64,000 bases of DNA from Pirellula sp. (GTDB lineage: Bacteria; Planctomycetota; Planctomycetia; Pirellulales; Pirellulaceae), in assembly GCA_040381975.1 (NCBI GenBank), contig JBEIGI010000008.1, positions 33,679-97,678 on the forward strand. The letters run 5' to 3'. The position numbers were made by a program, and so were the translations under genes. Within the stretch, counting starts at the first letter, position 1. Every line of letters begins with the position of its first letter. The notes under the pieces are model-generated. The model searched no databases, was not told where the DNA came from, and was given only the letters and a program-made list of their open reading frames with translations. Positions 38,483 to 48,791 of this stretch are shown here, one piece after another.

Positions 38483-39388
38483 CTAGCCATGGATGTAACC
38501 GCGAGGTGGCATCTGGATGACGCCACCTTTGCTACGTGACCACAGCCCAGTGCGGCTCACAAATGTGCCGATGACCGTCAAAGGCACTCCGTCGATAGAC
38601 TCTGGCAGAAGGTCGATTCGACTCGGGTCAACAGCCATGAGCAATTCAAAGTCCTCGCCATCGCCGATGGCATGTTCCAGGGCACTATTGCCACTGCTCT
38701 TGGATCTCTCGATTGCAGCATCGCTGATAGGTATTCGATCCAGATCGACTTCGGCACCGCATCGACTCGCAACGGTGATGTTTAGAAGATCAACCCCAAG
38801 CCCGTCGCTGATATCCGTAGCAGCTTGTACGATCCCCAGAGGATACAAAGACTTGGCTACATGGAGCCTTGGCTCGAACTCCAAGTGCTTGCCCAAGAGA
38901 CTACCTCCCAGGCGACCGCTGACGACGATTTTATCCCCGGGACGTGCACCGCTACGAAGCCAGCTTCCGGCCTCTGGCGCAGTTCCGATGGCCGTCAGGT
39001 GAACAACCAACGGCCCATCCCAAACGTTCGTGTCACCACCACCGATTGCAACCTTGTATTTCTCGCAAACCTGACACACGCCTTCGTAAATCTCTGAACC
39101 GATCAAATCGGCTGATTTGCGTGGCAAGCACAAAGAGAGAAAAACAGCCACCGGAGTTGCTGCCATGCTTGCAAGATCACTCAGGTTCACTCCCGCGAGT
39201 TTTCTGCCTACTGCCTGGGGGCCACACTCATCGAGGACAAAGTGGGTTCCTTCGCACAGCGAATCGGTCGTTACGACAAAGTCGCCTTTGTCGGAGGCCA
39301 TCAACGCGCAATCATCGCCGATGCCGAGTTTGATTTTGGGCAATCGCATCGCGCGCTGCTTTGCCCAAGCGATAAAACCGTGTTCCAT
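38483..39388 (-). CDS. thiL: Thiamine-monophosphate kinase
   Basis: 'GIGDDCALM', 'TTDSLCEGTHF' and 'ATDISDGL'. The ATG at 39388 lies 5 nt downstream of the dxs stop. Confidence 0.85.
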   Translation of the reverse strand: MEHGFIAWAKQRAMRLPKIKLGIGDDCALMASDKGDFVVTTDSLCEGTHFVLDECGPQAVGRKLAGVNLSDLASMAATPVAVFLSLCLPRKSADLIGSEIYEGVCQVCEKYKVAIGGGDTNVWDGPLVVHLTAIGTAPEAGSWLRSGARPGDKIVVSGRLGGSLLGKHLEFEPRLHVAKSLYPLGIVQAATDISDGLGVDLLNITVASRCGAEVDLDRIPISDAAIERSKSSGNSALEHAIGDGEDFELLMAVDPSRIDLLPESIDGVPLTVIGTFVSRTGLWSRSKGGVIQMPPRGYIHG

Positions 39389-39393
39389 GGGAA

Positions 39394-41307
39394 TTAGACC
39401 CCAGCGGCTTGCGAATCGACAAAGCGTTCGGCCAGTTGCCTGCAAGTCGCGGCGATACCGGCAGGATCAATGCCGATCTGTGCAAGGAGTTCATTTCGCT
39501 CGCCATGTTCGATGAACCGATCGGGGATTCCTAGGATCTTCATGATCCGTGTATCCCACCCGTGCTGACAAGCGGCTTCTAAAACAGCCGATCCAAAGCC
39601 ACCGGCCAAAGCTCCCTCTTCGACGGTCACAACGAATCGAGATTCCTCGAAGACCTTCGAAAGCATTTGGATATCCAATGGACGAATGAACCTCGCATTG
39701 ACGACGGCCACATCGAGACCCTCGGTGCTGAGCATGTCGGCTGCCGCAAGGGCTTGCTGGAGCATCGCACCGATAGCGATGATCGTCCCATCGCGACCTT
39801 TGCGAATCGTTTCGGACTTGCCGAGTTCAATCGGTTGCTTGGGCCGTTCAAATGCAAGTGCACTTGTCTTTGGATATCGGATCGACGTTGGGCCAGGTTG
39901 TTTAAGAGCGAACTCAAGCATCGGCTCGACCTCGGTCGAATCCCCCGGAGCCATCATCACGATGTTGGGGAACACGCGTGTGTAACCGATGTCAAAGACT
40001 CCGTGGTGGGTCGGCCCGTCTGGCCCGGTAAGCCCCGCGCGATCCATCATCAGAACAACAGGTAGATTTTGAAGTGCGACTTCTTGGAAGATCTGATCGT
40101 AGGACCTTTGCATGAAAGTACTGTAGATCGTAACGATCGGACGAAGACCTACTTTGGCTTGGCCTGCTGCAAACGCTACGGCATGAGACTCACAGATTCC
40201 GACATCGAAGAACCTATCGGGGAACTCATCGCGAACCGGTTCAAGCTTGTTGCCTTGGCACATCGCCGCAGTCATGACCGTGACCTTGTCGTTGCGACGC
40301 ATTTGGCTTGCGATCGCATCGCGGGCGTAGTTGGTAAAAGCTGGTTTCTCGCCGATGGTTAAAACTTTGGGCGAACCGTCTTCGTCTTCAAATGCCGGTG
40401 GGGTATGGAAGTAAACAGGATCGTCCTCGGCAGGCTTGTACCCCCTACCCTTTTCCGTAACGACATGCAAGAGCGTCGGACCTTGCTGGTCTTTGACCAT
40501 CTCCAAGTATTTTCGCAAAAGACGAATGTCGTGTCCATCGATAGGTCCGATGTACTTGAACCCAAACTCTTCGAAAAGCATGCCACCGACCATCCCGGCC
40601 TTGACCCCTTCTTTGACCTGCGCCAGAAGCTTCTCGGTGGGGTCTCCTAAAACCGGCACCTTGTTGAGGATCTTGGTAACCTCTTGCTTAAGGCCTGTGT
40701 AAAAGGGATTGGTTCGGAGCCGATCAAGATAATTCGCAAGGGCCCCGACACGCGGGCAGATGGACATCTTGTTGTCATTGAGAACGACGATGAGATCTTT
40801 GTTGAGTTCGCCAGCGTTATTCATCGCTTCGAAGACGATCCCCGATGGAAGCGCTCCATCACCGATCACGGCGATACTTTTGCGACGCTTCTGATCCATC
40901 AGATCATCGCCGGACTTAAGCCCCAGAGCTGTCGATACGCTGCAACCTGCATGGCCCGTCATGAACAGATCATAAGGGCTCTCGATTGGGTTTGGATAAC
41001 CCATCAGGCCGCCTCGCTCTCGGATGGTTCGAAACTCCTTGTAGCGTCCCGTTACCAACTTGTGCGGGTAGATTTGGTGGCCGGTATCCCAAATAAGCCG
41101 ATCGTATTTGAAGTCGAAAACGCTGTGGAGAGCAAGACACAGTTCGACCACTCCTAGGTTCGAGGCAAAGTGTGCTGTGCGGGTTGCAAGCAGATTGCAA
41201 AGGACATCCCGGATCTCAAGCGCCATTTGATCGAGTTGCTCGACACTCATCGAACGAAGCGGATCGGCCGAGGGCAACTGAGAAAGAAGAGGGTGCGACG
41301 CCATCAA
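39394..41307 (-). CDS. dxs: 1-deoxy-D-xylulose-5-phosphate synthase
   Basis: 'WDTGHQIYPHKLVTGR', 'GHAGCSVSTALG', 'IGDGALPSGIVFEAMN' and 'DRAGLTGPDGPTHHGVFD'. Confidence 0.95.
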   Translation of the reverse strand: MMASHPLLSQLPSADPLRSMSVEQLDQMALEIRDVLCNLLATRTAHFASNLGVVELCLALHSVFDFKYDRLIWDTGHQIYPHKLVTGRYKEFRTIRERGGLMGYPNPIESPYDLFMTGHAGCSVSTALGLKSGDDLMDQKRRKSIAVIGDGALPSGIVFEAMNNAGELNKDLIVVLNDNKMSICPRVGALANYLDRLRTNPFYTGLKQEVTKILNKVPVLGDPTEKLLAQVKEGVKAGMVGGMLFEEFGFKYIGPIDGHDIRLLRKYLEMVKDQQGPTLLHVVTEKGRGYKPAEDDPVYFHTPPAFEDEDGSPKVLTIGEKPAFTNYARDAIASQMRRNDKVTVMTAAMCQGNKLEPVRDEFPDRFFDVGICESHAVAFAAGQAKVGLRPIVTIYSTFMQRSYDQIFQEVALQNLPVVLMMDRAGLTGPDGPTHHGVFDIGYTRVFPNIVMMAPGDSTEVEPMLEFALKQPGPTSIRYPKTSALAFERPKQPIELGKSETIRKGRDGTIIAIGAMLQQALAAADMLSTEGLDVAVVNARFIRPLDIQMLSKVFEESRFVVTVEEGALAGGFGSAVLEAACQHGWDTRIMKILGIPDRFIEHGERNELLAQIGIDPAGIAATCRQLAERFVDSQAAGV

Positions 41308-42239
41308 CTATGCCTTTCCAAGATATACTTCGCGATCTGCCGGAGGCCTTCGGCCTGATGAGTAAAGGGTTCCAATGCGGCCAAGGACTCTGCAACCCAG
41401 CGACTGGCCATCTCTCGGCTATTGCTAATACCATAGATACCAGGAAAGGTCAGTTTACCACGCCCGGCATCTTTACCAGTCGCCTTACCAGTTTTCTCAC
41501 TGGTGGACTCGACGTCTAGAAGATCGTCGACAATTTGGAAGGCAATTCCGATGCCCCGACCGTATTTGGCGAGTGCGGAGCGACATTCTGACGTGGCTCC
41601 AGCGGCGATCGCCCCTAGAACGACAGATGCTTCGATCATCGCCCCTGTTTTTCTGCGGTGGATCGAGTCGAGCCTTTTGGCGGGGGATTCGTCGATGCTT
41701 TCGGCAATCTGGCTTTGCATTTGCGATCTGTTTTCTTCCAACAGATCATCCATTTGGCCACCGACCATGCCGCGGATCCCAGCGGCCCAAGCCAGGACTT
41801 GGCAACTTTCAACCAACGCCGATGGCTCCAAAGAGGCACTCAGAATCGACTCGAAAGCCATGGGTTGGAGTGCGTCTCCGGCCAAAATCGCCGTGGCTTC
41901 ATCGAACTGACGGTGGCACGTCGGACGGCCACGACGCAAATCGTCGTCGTCCATCGCGGGCAAATCATCGTGGATTAACGAGTAGCAATGGATCATCTCC
42001 AAGGCGCAGGCATTTCCGATCGCATGTTGGGTGTTTCCCCCTGCGGTCTGGCAGGCCATGAGGCAAAGAACAGGCCTGAGCCGTTTCCCTGGTGCCAAAA
42101 GAGAATATTCAACGGCATCAGCCAGTCGCTTTGGAGTCCCTTTGGCGAACTGATCCAACCGAAGTTTAAGCTCTGAATCGATGAGCGAACTGAGTTCAGA
42201 CCATCGCGAATGAAGTAATCCTCGGGATTGATGGCCCAA
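41304..42239 (-). CDS. ispA: Polyprenyl (farnesyl/geranylgeranyl) diphosphate synthase
   Basis: First Asp-rich motif 'LIHDDLPAMDDDDLRRGRPT' and second 'FQIVDDLLD'. 4-nt overlap with dxs. Confidence 0.85.
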   Translation of the reverse strand: MGHQSRGLLHSRWSELSSLIDSELKLRLDQFAKGTPKRLADAVEYSLLAPGKRLRPVLCLMACQTAGGNTQHAIGNACALEMIHCYSLIHDDLPAMDDDDLRRGRPTCHRQFDEATAILAGDALQPMAFESILSASLEPSALVESCQVLAWAAGIRGMVGGQMDDLLEENRSQMQSQIAESIDESPAKRLDSIHRRKTGAMIEASVVLGAIAAGATSECRSALAKYGRGIGIAFQIVDDLLDVESTSEKTGKATGKDAGRGKLTFPGIYGISNSREMASRWVAESLAALEPFTHQAEGLRQIAKYILERHS

Positions 42240-42639
42240 GGTGTCGGAGTTTTGTTCGAGTGTTTGGGGAGACTCAGAAATGATGACGATCCTGCAAGGT
42301 GCGTGGCGACGGTTGGCGCTTCCGTCGATTGTAGCTTAACACAATGTTCCGAAAAGAATGGAAAGGTTCTCCTTGGAGATCCTATGGCTGACTATATTCC
42401 TAAGAAAATCCTCATAATCACTCCGTCCAAACTTATCCTTACTTCCTTCGAGAAAGTCCCAAAAAGGTTCGATACCTCCAGGGCTGAGATATCGTCGGAC
42501 CGTTTAGTTTCGGGCGAATATGTTGCTTGCGCCGATGCTTTTGACCCGGAACTCTCCTACAATCCGTGTGTTCGAAAGCCAGTGAAGATCTACGAACGTT
42601 CGATTTTTTGGCCGAGTTCTAAACGAATCACCTAGAGGG

Positions 42640-43617
42640 TTGTCATTCATGAAACGAAGCATTTGCAAGTATTTTGGGGTGATGTTTTTCGTCTCGGGTT
42701 TGTTGGTCGGCTCTCAATCGTCCGTCTATGCCCAGTTTCCGGGTGGATCCGGCGGTTTAGGCGGTGGATCTTTTGGTTCAACCGGAGGACTTGGCGGACT
42801 GAGCGGGGGGGGCTTCGGAGGTACTGGCGGATTAGGCGGCAGCACAGGCGGATTTGGTGGTTCAACCGGCGGATTTGGTGGCGGTGGCCTTGGCGGAAGC
42901 AGCGGCATCGGCGGTGGTGGCTTTGGAGGAGCTACCGGAGGTGGCATCGGCGGCTCAACAACAAATTTTCCGGGCACCTTCGGAGGACCTGGCGTTACGG
43001 GTCAAAATGTGATCGGTAATTTGAACACTCGCCCGATTACTGCCACGAGCGGAACCGGAGCGTCTCAGTTCGGGGTCGGAGCCAGTGGCGGGAACGCATT
43101 CGGAGCCAACGCCTTCGGCGGTAGCACCACCGGCGGCTTTGGTGGTGGAGGTCTGGGGGGGGGATTAGGTGGCGGTCTTGGCGGGCTGGGCGGTGGTCTT
43201 GGAGGCCTTGGTGGCCTTGGAGGGGTCGGCGGCCTAGGTGGGCTCGGCGGATTGAACAACCGAAATCGAATGGGGGCAACCGGTCAAGCCGGTGGACAGC
43301 AAGGACGTAAACCGATTCGAGCAACCGTGCGTCCGGATTTCAAACCCACACCTGGTTCGGTGCCTTCGGTCAGCACTCGCCTTCAAGAGCGAATGTCCCG
43401 TTCACCGATTCAAGACCGTATGCGAGGTGTCAATGTATCATTAAGCGGCGGTCAGATTACTCTTCGTGGTAACGTTGCCACCGATGCCGACAAACGTTTG
43501 ATGGAACGAATGATGCTCCTAGAACCGGGGATCAGTTCGGTCAAAAACGAGTTGATTGTCCAGGGCTCTGAAACTGGGTCTGATTCGACGGAGACGGTTG
43601 AGGCTGTTCGGAACTAG
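42640..43617 (+). CDS. Secreted glycine-rich repeat protein with a C-terminal BON domain
   Basis: Signal peptide 'MSFMKRSICKYFGVMFFVSGLLVGSQSSVYAQ'. About 200 aa of GGLGG/GGFGG repeats. C-terminal 'GQITLRGNVATDADKRLMERMMLLEPGISSVKNELIV' is BON-like. Confidence 0.7.
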   Translation: MSFMKRSICKYFGVMFFVSGLLVGSQSSVYAQFPGGSGGLGGGSFGSTGGLGGLSGGGFGGTGGLGGSTGGFGGSTGGFGGGGLGGSSGIGGGGFGGATGGGIGGSTTNFPGTFGGPGVTGQNVIGNLNTRPITATSGTGASQFGVGASGGNAFGANAFGGSTTGGFGGGGLGGGLGGGLGGLGGGLGGLGGLGGVGGLGGLGGLNNRNRMGATGQAGGQQGRKPIRATVRPDFKPTPGSVPSVSTRLQERMSRSPIQDRMRGVNVSLSGGQITLRGNVATDADKRLMERMMLLEPGISSVKNELIVQGSETGSDSTETVEAVRN

Positions 43618-44635
43618 GCGAACCGATGGTTCCAGTTGGCGTGCTTGGCACGAGCATCGAAGGGCTCAATCCAGTCGTAGGCATTTGGAAAAGCGGCATG
43701 GGGCCTGCCTGGAGGGCTTTGTTCATGTCGATGCCGTTTGCAAACCGTTGAACCGTTGGGGGCCCGAGACTCATCGGTTGGTTCGCATTATCTTGTGAAG
43801 CTTGTGTCGGGGCAAGATTCAAATCTGCAGAAGTGGCAGTTGTCGCTGGCGAGAGACTCCCGACACTTGGGATCTGCCCACTGCGAGCTTTTTCGATAAG
43901 CTCATTTGCTTGCTCGGGAGTCAGCAGAGGTTGGACACGGCTTGCCGAGCGTGCAGGCATCTGAATCGTGGTCGTCTTGGCACGATTGTCTAGGGGATTA
44001 CTGTTTAGCGAAAGATCGCCTGTTGGCATGATCGCAGTGGCTTGGATAACCTGACCATCCTGGCCGTCCTCGCTCCAACCCGGGAGCAAAAGCGTTGCGG
44101 CGTTTCCGCGAATCACTTTGCCGTCTTTGGACTTGAACGTCGGAATGAGCATGATCTTTTTCTTGGCACCCGGTGCGGCATCCCAAGGAACCCAGATGCT
44201 ATAGGAGGCACCCAGATCGCTCTCCGAGAAATGAGTGGTAAACTGCTCTTCGGTGAATCGGAATCGCTTATCGGCCTGATCCATTCCTTGGGAAGCCAGT
44301 GTCGCTCCAGAATGGTTCGAGTGCGTGTCATCAAATCCATAAATCATCAACTCGCCATCGACTGGAATCGCCTGTGACTTCTCGTTGTAGAAATAGATGC
44401 GTCCACCAAAACCTCGTGTCGGAGGCTTTCCCGGCACCGAAATGATGTCGTGGGCCCAAGTAACATTCATGCTTTGAGGGATTTGATATTCTTTTTTCTT
44501 AAACCAAGACTTCTTTTCATTCTCTTTGGTTGCCTTGCCCTTGGGTTTGGTCTCCATCATGCTTGCGCATCCGGTCGATAGAACCAAGCTAAGCAAAGCG
44601 ATCACGAGCCTCAAAGCGTTTCGTTCAAGTTGCAT
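43541..44635 (-). CDS. Lipoprotein of unknown function, immediately downstream of the secretin
   Basis: Lipobox 'LSLVLSTGCAS'. The C-terminal third is low-complexity (P/S/T/Q). The 3' end overlaps the convergent BON gene by 77 nt. Confidence 0.6.
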   Translation of the reverse strand: MQLERNALRLVIALLSLVLSTGCASMMETKPKGKATKENEKKSWFKKKEYQIPQSMNVTWAHDIISVPGKPPTRGFGGRIYFYNEKSQAIPVDGELMIYGFDDTHSNHSGATLASQGMDQADKRFRFTEEQFTTHFSESDLGASYSIWVPWDAAPGAKKKIMLIPTFKSKDGKVIRGNAATLLLPGWSEDGQDGQVIQATAIMPTGDLSLNSNPLDNRAKTTTIQMPARSASRVQPLLTPEQANELIEKARSGQIPSVGSLSPATTATSADLNLAPTQASQDNANQPMSLGPPTVQRFANGIDMNKALQAGPMPLFQMPTTGLSPSMLVPSTPTGTIGSPSSEQPQPSPSNQTQFQSPGQSTRF

Positions 44636-44686
44636 GGCATTTATCTCTAGGGGTAGTTTTTTGGTTACAGAAGAGCAGTCAAGAGA

Positions 44687-47600
44687 CTAGGGTTTGCGAA
44701 CAACTTGACCGTTGTAGGGTGCCGGAGCAACAGCCACTGGTTGCACCACGGCGGGCTGCAAAGGTGTTTCGCTCTTTAGAAGCGATCGTTGCGGAATACG
44801 ACTGGAACTATTGACCGGTGCTTGCCCCTGGATGACCGCACCTTCAGGAATCCCCTCGATGATGATCTCGCCATTAGTGCTCGGAACACCTTGAGCGGGA
44901 TTTCCAGGATTCGTATAAGCTGGACCTTGGTAGGTTGGATTTGGATAGCTTGCACCCGGCGCAGGTTGGTATCCTGGAGCGTATCCCGGATTGTTAGGGA
45001 TCATGGTCGCAGGTGTCTCGACCGTTGGGGTCAGATAGGTCGGCTCTTGGCCTGCCGGCGATCCTGGAATCCCTACATCCCCAGTCGGGTTGGTATCTGG
45101 ATAGATCACTGGACTCGATGCTGGCCCCCATAGACCGTTGCCTTCTGAAAGCCCCACATCGCCATAGATGTTGAGGATATCGGCCAAGCACCAGCTCATC
45201 CGCGACGACTCAACTTGCTTGATCATATCGAGCTTGTTTGGATCATTGTAATTGATCACGCGAGGGGTCATGACCACAAGAAGTTCAGTGCGTCTTTCGA
45301 CTTCGGTGTCGAATCGGAAGAGCCAACCCGCAAGTGGGATATCAGCAAGGAAGGGAACCCTTCGAGACTGACTGGCTCGCTCCTTGGTGATCAGTCCACC
45401 GAGAATGACCGTTTGGCCGTCATAGGCCGTCACGCGGGTTTGAGCCAGCGTCTGATTGAAAATCGGAGCTTCAATCGGCTGAGTATTTCCATTCGCATCG
45501 GTCTGAAAACCAATCGCGATACCTCCGCTTGGATCGATGTTCGCTCTGCTGACGGCCACGATCATGTTGATCAAACCATCCTGATTGGTACGAGGCTGAA
45601 TCTGCATTGTCAGACCAGTGTTGACGTATTGAACCCCCGTAGAAATCCCGTTGAATCCGTTCGTGGTACCCGTAAGCGTCGGAACCGACTGGCCCACGTT
45701 AACGACGGAAATGTTGTTATCAATGGTCATCAGACTTGGTCGAGACAAGATTTGTACGCGGTTGGCATCCTGGAGCATGCGGAATAGCAAACCTACCGAT
45801 TCATTGCTAGCCGCTAAAACCAATCCACCGTAGCCCAAATCCGCACTGGATCTCCCCATTGCGAAACTCGAAAGCCCCTGGCCTGCAACGTTGTTGGGAC
45901 GGCGTTGAGGCGAAGCAGGCGTCAATGGAATCAGCGGATTAAACGGAGGGCTGTCAAGCGTTCCTCCGGTAGCACTGCCACGATCAAATAACAAAGAATC
46001 CTGCAAACCCAATTCCGTCCCCATCTCGAAATTATCGTCCAAAGAGACCTCAGCAATCAGGATCTCAACGGCGATCATCGGCTGCTGGCGATCCAGTCGC
46101 TCGATCACCTGCTTGATCTGCTGCATGTACCTAGGCGTCGCACTGATGATCAAACTGTTGGTCGAAGGCTCCGAGACGACGAAGACTTCTCGGTCGATCC
46201 GCTCAAAAAGACTGATCGCCTGGCCTGTGACCAACTGCTGCGTGATGACTGTACGTTGGTTAGTGAGCAAGGTATTGAGCGCGTTGAACACATCGATCGC
46301 ATTGGCGTTTCGAAGCCACACGACCTCGTTGCTGCGTTGCTGACCGCCGGTCTCATCCAAGCGATATAGCAAGGCTTCAATCACCTCGAGATCCGTAGGA
46401 GCGCCCGAAGCGATGATGCTGTTGGTTCGAGTGTCAACGGAGATCCTAAGCTGAACTAGCGAATTTTCGCCACCACCGGTCAAGGCCGCCAAGTTTTGCA
46501 AACCCAACGCACTAAAAGGGTTGACTGTGTTGGTGTTGGTGCCCGCCGTTGCAGGCAATCCGAAGATCTGCTGCAATGTGTTTGCAAGACTCGTTGCATC
46601 ACCGTTAACCACCGGATAAACCTTGATCCTCGCATCAGCGCTCGGAAGCTGATCGAGCTGCTCGATCAGGGCTTGGATCAGTGGCATGCTCTTGGATGGT
46701 GCTCGAACCACCAAGGCGTTGATGTTCGGGTTGCTGGTGATCGTTACGCCTGCAAGAATCCCTGAATTGACCGGCTGACCATCGCGAGGCACAACCATCA
46801 AGCGACTGCTTGGAGCCCGAACACTTCCAGCACCGCTGGTTTGTTGAGGCTGCTGTTGTTGTGGTTGACCGGGAGTTTGAGTCGTAGGTGCTGCCGTACC
46901 GGTGATGGCCGACTGAAGAATCGGTTGCAACTCCGATGCCACCGCGTTCTTGATCGGGAATACCCGAATCTCATTTTCTGCCGGAGTCGATTCAACATCG
47001 ATCTCCAAAATCAACTTCGCTACCTCGGCAATATCCCGAGGCGATGCCTGCACAATCAGCGAGTTGGTCCGATAGTCAGCAACCACCTTGATCCGCGTAC
47101 CGATTGTCAGTGCCGAAGCGTTCGCTGGTGCAGCTTGGCCGGGCGTCGTCTCGCTAAAGAAATTTCTTACCAGTGTTTCGGCATCCACCGCCGAGGAATT
47201 CACCAACCGGAAGACACGCAACTGGTTGTTTGGATCCAAAGGCTGATCGAGCTTGACTATCAACTCCTTGATCGCCGCAAGCGCTTCAGGCCGTCCAATC
47301 AGCAACAACGAATTGGGCTGACCCAACGCATAAAGGCTGATCTGACCCTGACGCGGTGTGAAGACCTTGTCGTTAAGATCCCTCAAAATTGGCTCGAGGG
47401 CTACTCCATTGACATGCTTGAGCGGATAGATCTCAATTTCTGGAGTCGTCTCAGCACTTTGCTTCTTGATCTGCTCGATGACTTCCAAGACCCGCTGGAC
47501 ATCTCGTCGTCCACCTTTGACAATCACAATCCCCATTTCGGGCACAAATGAAATGTCAACGTCGCCGATGAGTCCTGTTCCACTACCCATCGAATCCGGT

Positions 47601-48565
47601 GAGCCTATGGCCATCCCCGGTGCGTTCTCGTCGTCTTGATTCGCAGGAACTTGACCTGCAACTTGATCGTCCTGAGGTGGCTGTTGGAACGATGCAAGCC
47701 GAACCAATCGCAAGGCTGTTTCAATTCGCTCGGGACTTGCTGGATTGATTGGAACAATTTGCGTCGGACGCTGCGGGTCAGCTTGCGCAAAATCTACCGC
47801 GGTTACGATTTGCGACCATGCAAACACATCCTTTGGACTGCCTTGCATGCGAACCGTGTCGGTACGTCGATCGACCGTCATGACCTCGCGAGGGCCGGCA
47901 TCGGTCAGCATTTGCAATTGTGCAAGCTCGCCGTTGTTGGTTGTCGAGATACTCAGTCGCGTGCCTGCGATCCGAGAAATTGCATCTTCAAGCTCCTTCC
48001 AACTGACTCGCTGTAGCTTGTACTCTCGCGATTGAACGGTATTCGAAAGGACTCGACCAGAGATGTCAGAGGCTACCGGACTTAGCTGCTTGGTGATCGT
48101 TGCAACACTCATCGCAATCTGCTGCTGGGTCGCCTCGGGTGCCAAGACCATCAACCGCCCAGTTTCAGGTTCGGTCGTGATCCGAACCCGCTTGTCGGCT
48201 CCGAATTGGCCTTGCAACTGAGCAACAACGTAGGCCACATACTCCGTCGGCAGCGCGTAGATCTGAAGTCGCGCGTCAGCCGCGGCGGTTGCGTTGGCTA
48301 GGCTTCCGGGATTGACCGAGTTGACTGGCGGTGTCTGGGTTACAGGTGTGCCCCTTTGGCTGCTTGGCGGCAAGGTCAAGGGTCGGGGAGTATTTGGCCC
48401 CTGGGCCTCGACCTTCTCAAATCCCGATATGGCCGCTGTTCCGAAGGCTGTCAAAAGCAAGGCGTTTCGGAACCAGGAGTGAGCCCTAGTTCTCTGGTTG
48501 CGGATGGATTCAAAGCCGCTGAAATTGTGGAAGTTATTTTGGTTTTGGCTGCTCACGCTTAACAT
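44687..48565 (-). CDS. Secretin (GspD/PilQ-type type II/III secretion system outer-membrane channel), 1292 aa
   Basis: Repeated N-domain motifs ('RVFRLVNSSAVDAETLVRNFF', 'IRVFPIKNAVASELQPILQSAI', 'IKVYPVVNGDATSLANTLQQIF', 'VVWLRNANAIDVFNALNTLL'). Secretin core: 'VLSRPSLMTIDNN', 'QTVILGGLI...RVPFLADIPLAGWLFRF...ELLVVMTPRVI'. Pro-rich C-terminal tail. Confidence 0.9.
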   Translation of the reverse strand: MLSVSSQNQNNFHNFSGFESIRNQRTRAHSWFRNALLLTAFGTAAISGFEKVEAQGPNTPRPLTLPPSSQRGTPVTQTPPVNSVNPGSLANATAAADARLQIYALPTEYVAYVVAQLQGQFGADKRVRITTEPETGRLMVLAPEATQQQIAMSVATITKQLSPVASDISGRVLSNTVQSREYKLQRVSWKELEDAISRIAGTRLSISTTNNGELAQLQMLTDAGPREVMTVDRRTDTVRMQGSPKDVFAWSQIVTAVDFAQADPQRPTQIVPINPASPERIETALRLVRLASFQQPPQDDQVAGQVPANQDDENAPGMAIGSPDSMGSGTGLIGDVDISFVPEMGIVIVKGGRRDVQRVLEVIEQIKKQSAETTPEIEIYPLKHVNGVALEPILRDLNDKVFTPRQGQISLYALGQPNSLLLIGRPEALAAIKELIVKLDQPLDPNNQLRVFRLVNSSAVDAETLVRNFFSETTPGQAAPANASALTIGTRIKVVADYRTNSLIVQASPRDIAEVAKLILEIDVESTPAENEIRVFPIKNAVASELQPILQSAITGTAAPTTQTPGQPQQQQPQQTSGAGSVRAPSSRLMVVPRDGQPVNSGILAGVTITSNPNINALVVRAPSKSMPLIQALIEQLDQLPSADARIKVYPVVNGDATSLANTLQQIFGLPATAGTNTNTVNPFSALGLQNLAALTGGGENSLVQLRISVDTRTNSIIASGAPTDLEVIEALLYRLDETGGQQRSNEVVWLRNANAIDVFNALNTLLTNQRTVITQQLVTGQAISLFERIDREVFVVSEPSTNSLIISATPRYMQQIKQVIERLDRQQPMIAVEILIAEVSLDDNFEMGTELGLQDSLLFDRGSATGGTLDSPPFNPLIPLTPASPQRRPNNVAGQGLSSFAMGRSSADLGYGGLVLAASNESVGLLFRMLQDANRVQILSRPSLMTIDNNISVVNVGQSVPTLTGTTNGFNGISTGVQYVNTGLTMQIQPRTNQDGLINMIVAVSRANIDPSGGIAIGFQTDANGNTQPIEAPIFNQTLAQTRVTAYDGQTVILGGLITKERASQSRRVPFLADIPLAGWLFRFDTEVERRTELLVVMTPRVINYNDPNKLDMIKQVESSRMSWCLADILNIYGDVGLSEGNGLWGPASSPVIYPDTNPTGDVGIPGSPAGQEPTYLTPTVETPATMIPNNPGYAPGYQPAPGASYPNPTYQGPAYTNPGNPAQGVPSTNGEIIIEGIPEGAVIQGQAPVNSSSRIPQRSLLKSETPLQPAVVQPVAVAPAPYNGQVVRKP

Positions 48566-48791
48566 TCCTTTTGATACCGAGGGCTCCGGACACCTTGCAT
48601 AGTGACCCTTCTCATCGGAATAATCGGAACATTCCGTAACCTTTCTTCAGGCAAACAAGTCAACCTGAGCGGTAAAGTTTAACATTTAGCTTTTGTAATC
48701 CCGTTTTTAGGGATGGGTTGCACAAGCTAGCAAATTCGCGATACTTCAACGGTTTCCAGGATCTAAAGAAGTTTTCCCAGGAAACAAATCT

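Noticed and set aside
42228-42635. 135-aa ORF upstream of the Gly-rich gene, and a possible xseB upstream of the ispA-like gene
   Set aside because: The ORF has no recognisable motifs, and it starts inside the ispA-like coding region on the opposite strand. The AT-richer sequence looks like a shared promoter region. The track lists no minus-strand ORF of 60 aa or more upstream of the ispA-like gene where an xseB would lie.
42647-43324. Poly-proline ORFs on the minus strand and Arg/Trp-rich ORFs on the + strand within the Gly-rich gene
   Set aside because: These are frame and strand artefacts of the GGN-repeat DNA (CCN on the complement). The signal-peptide-plus-BON frame is the coherent one.
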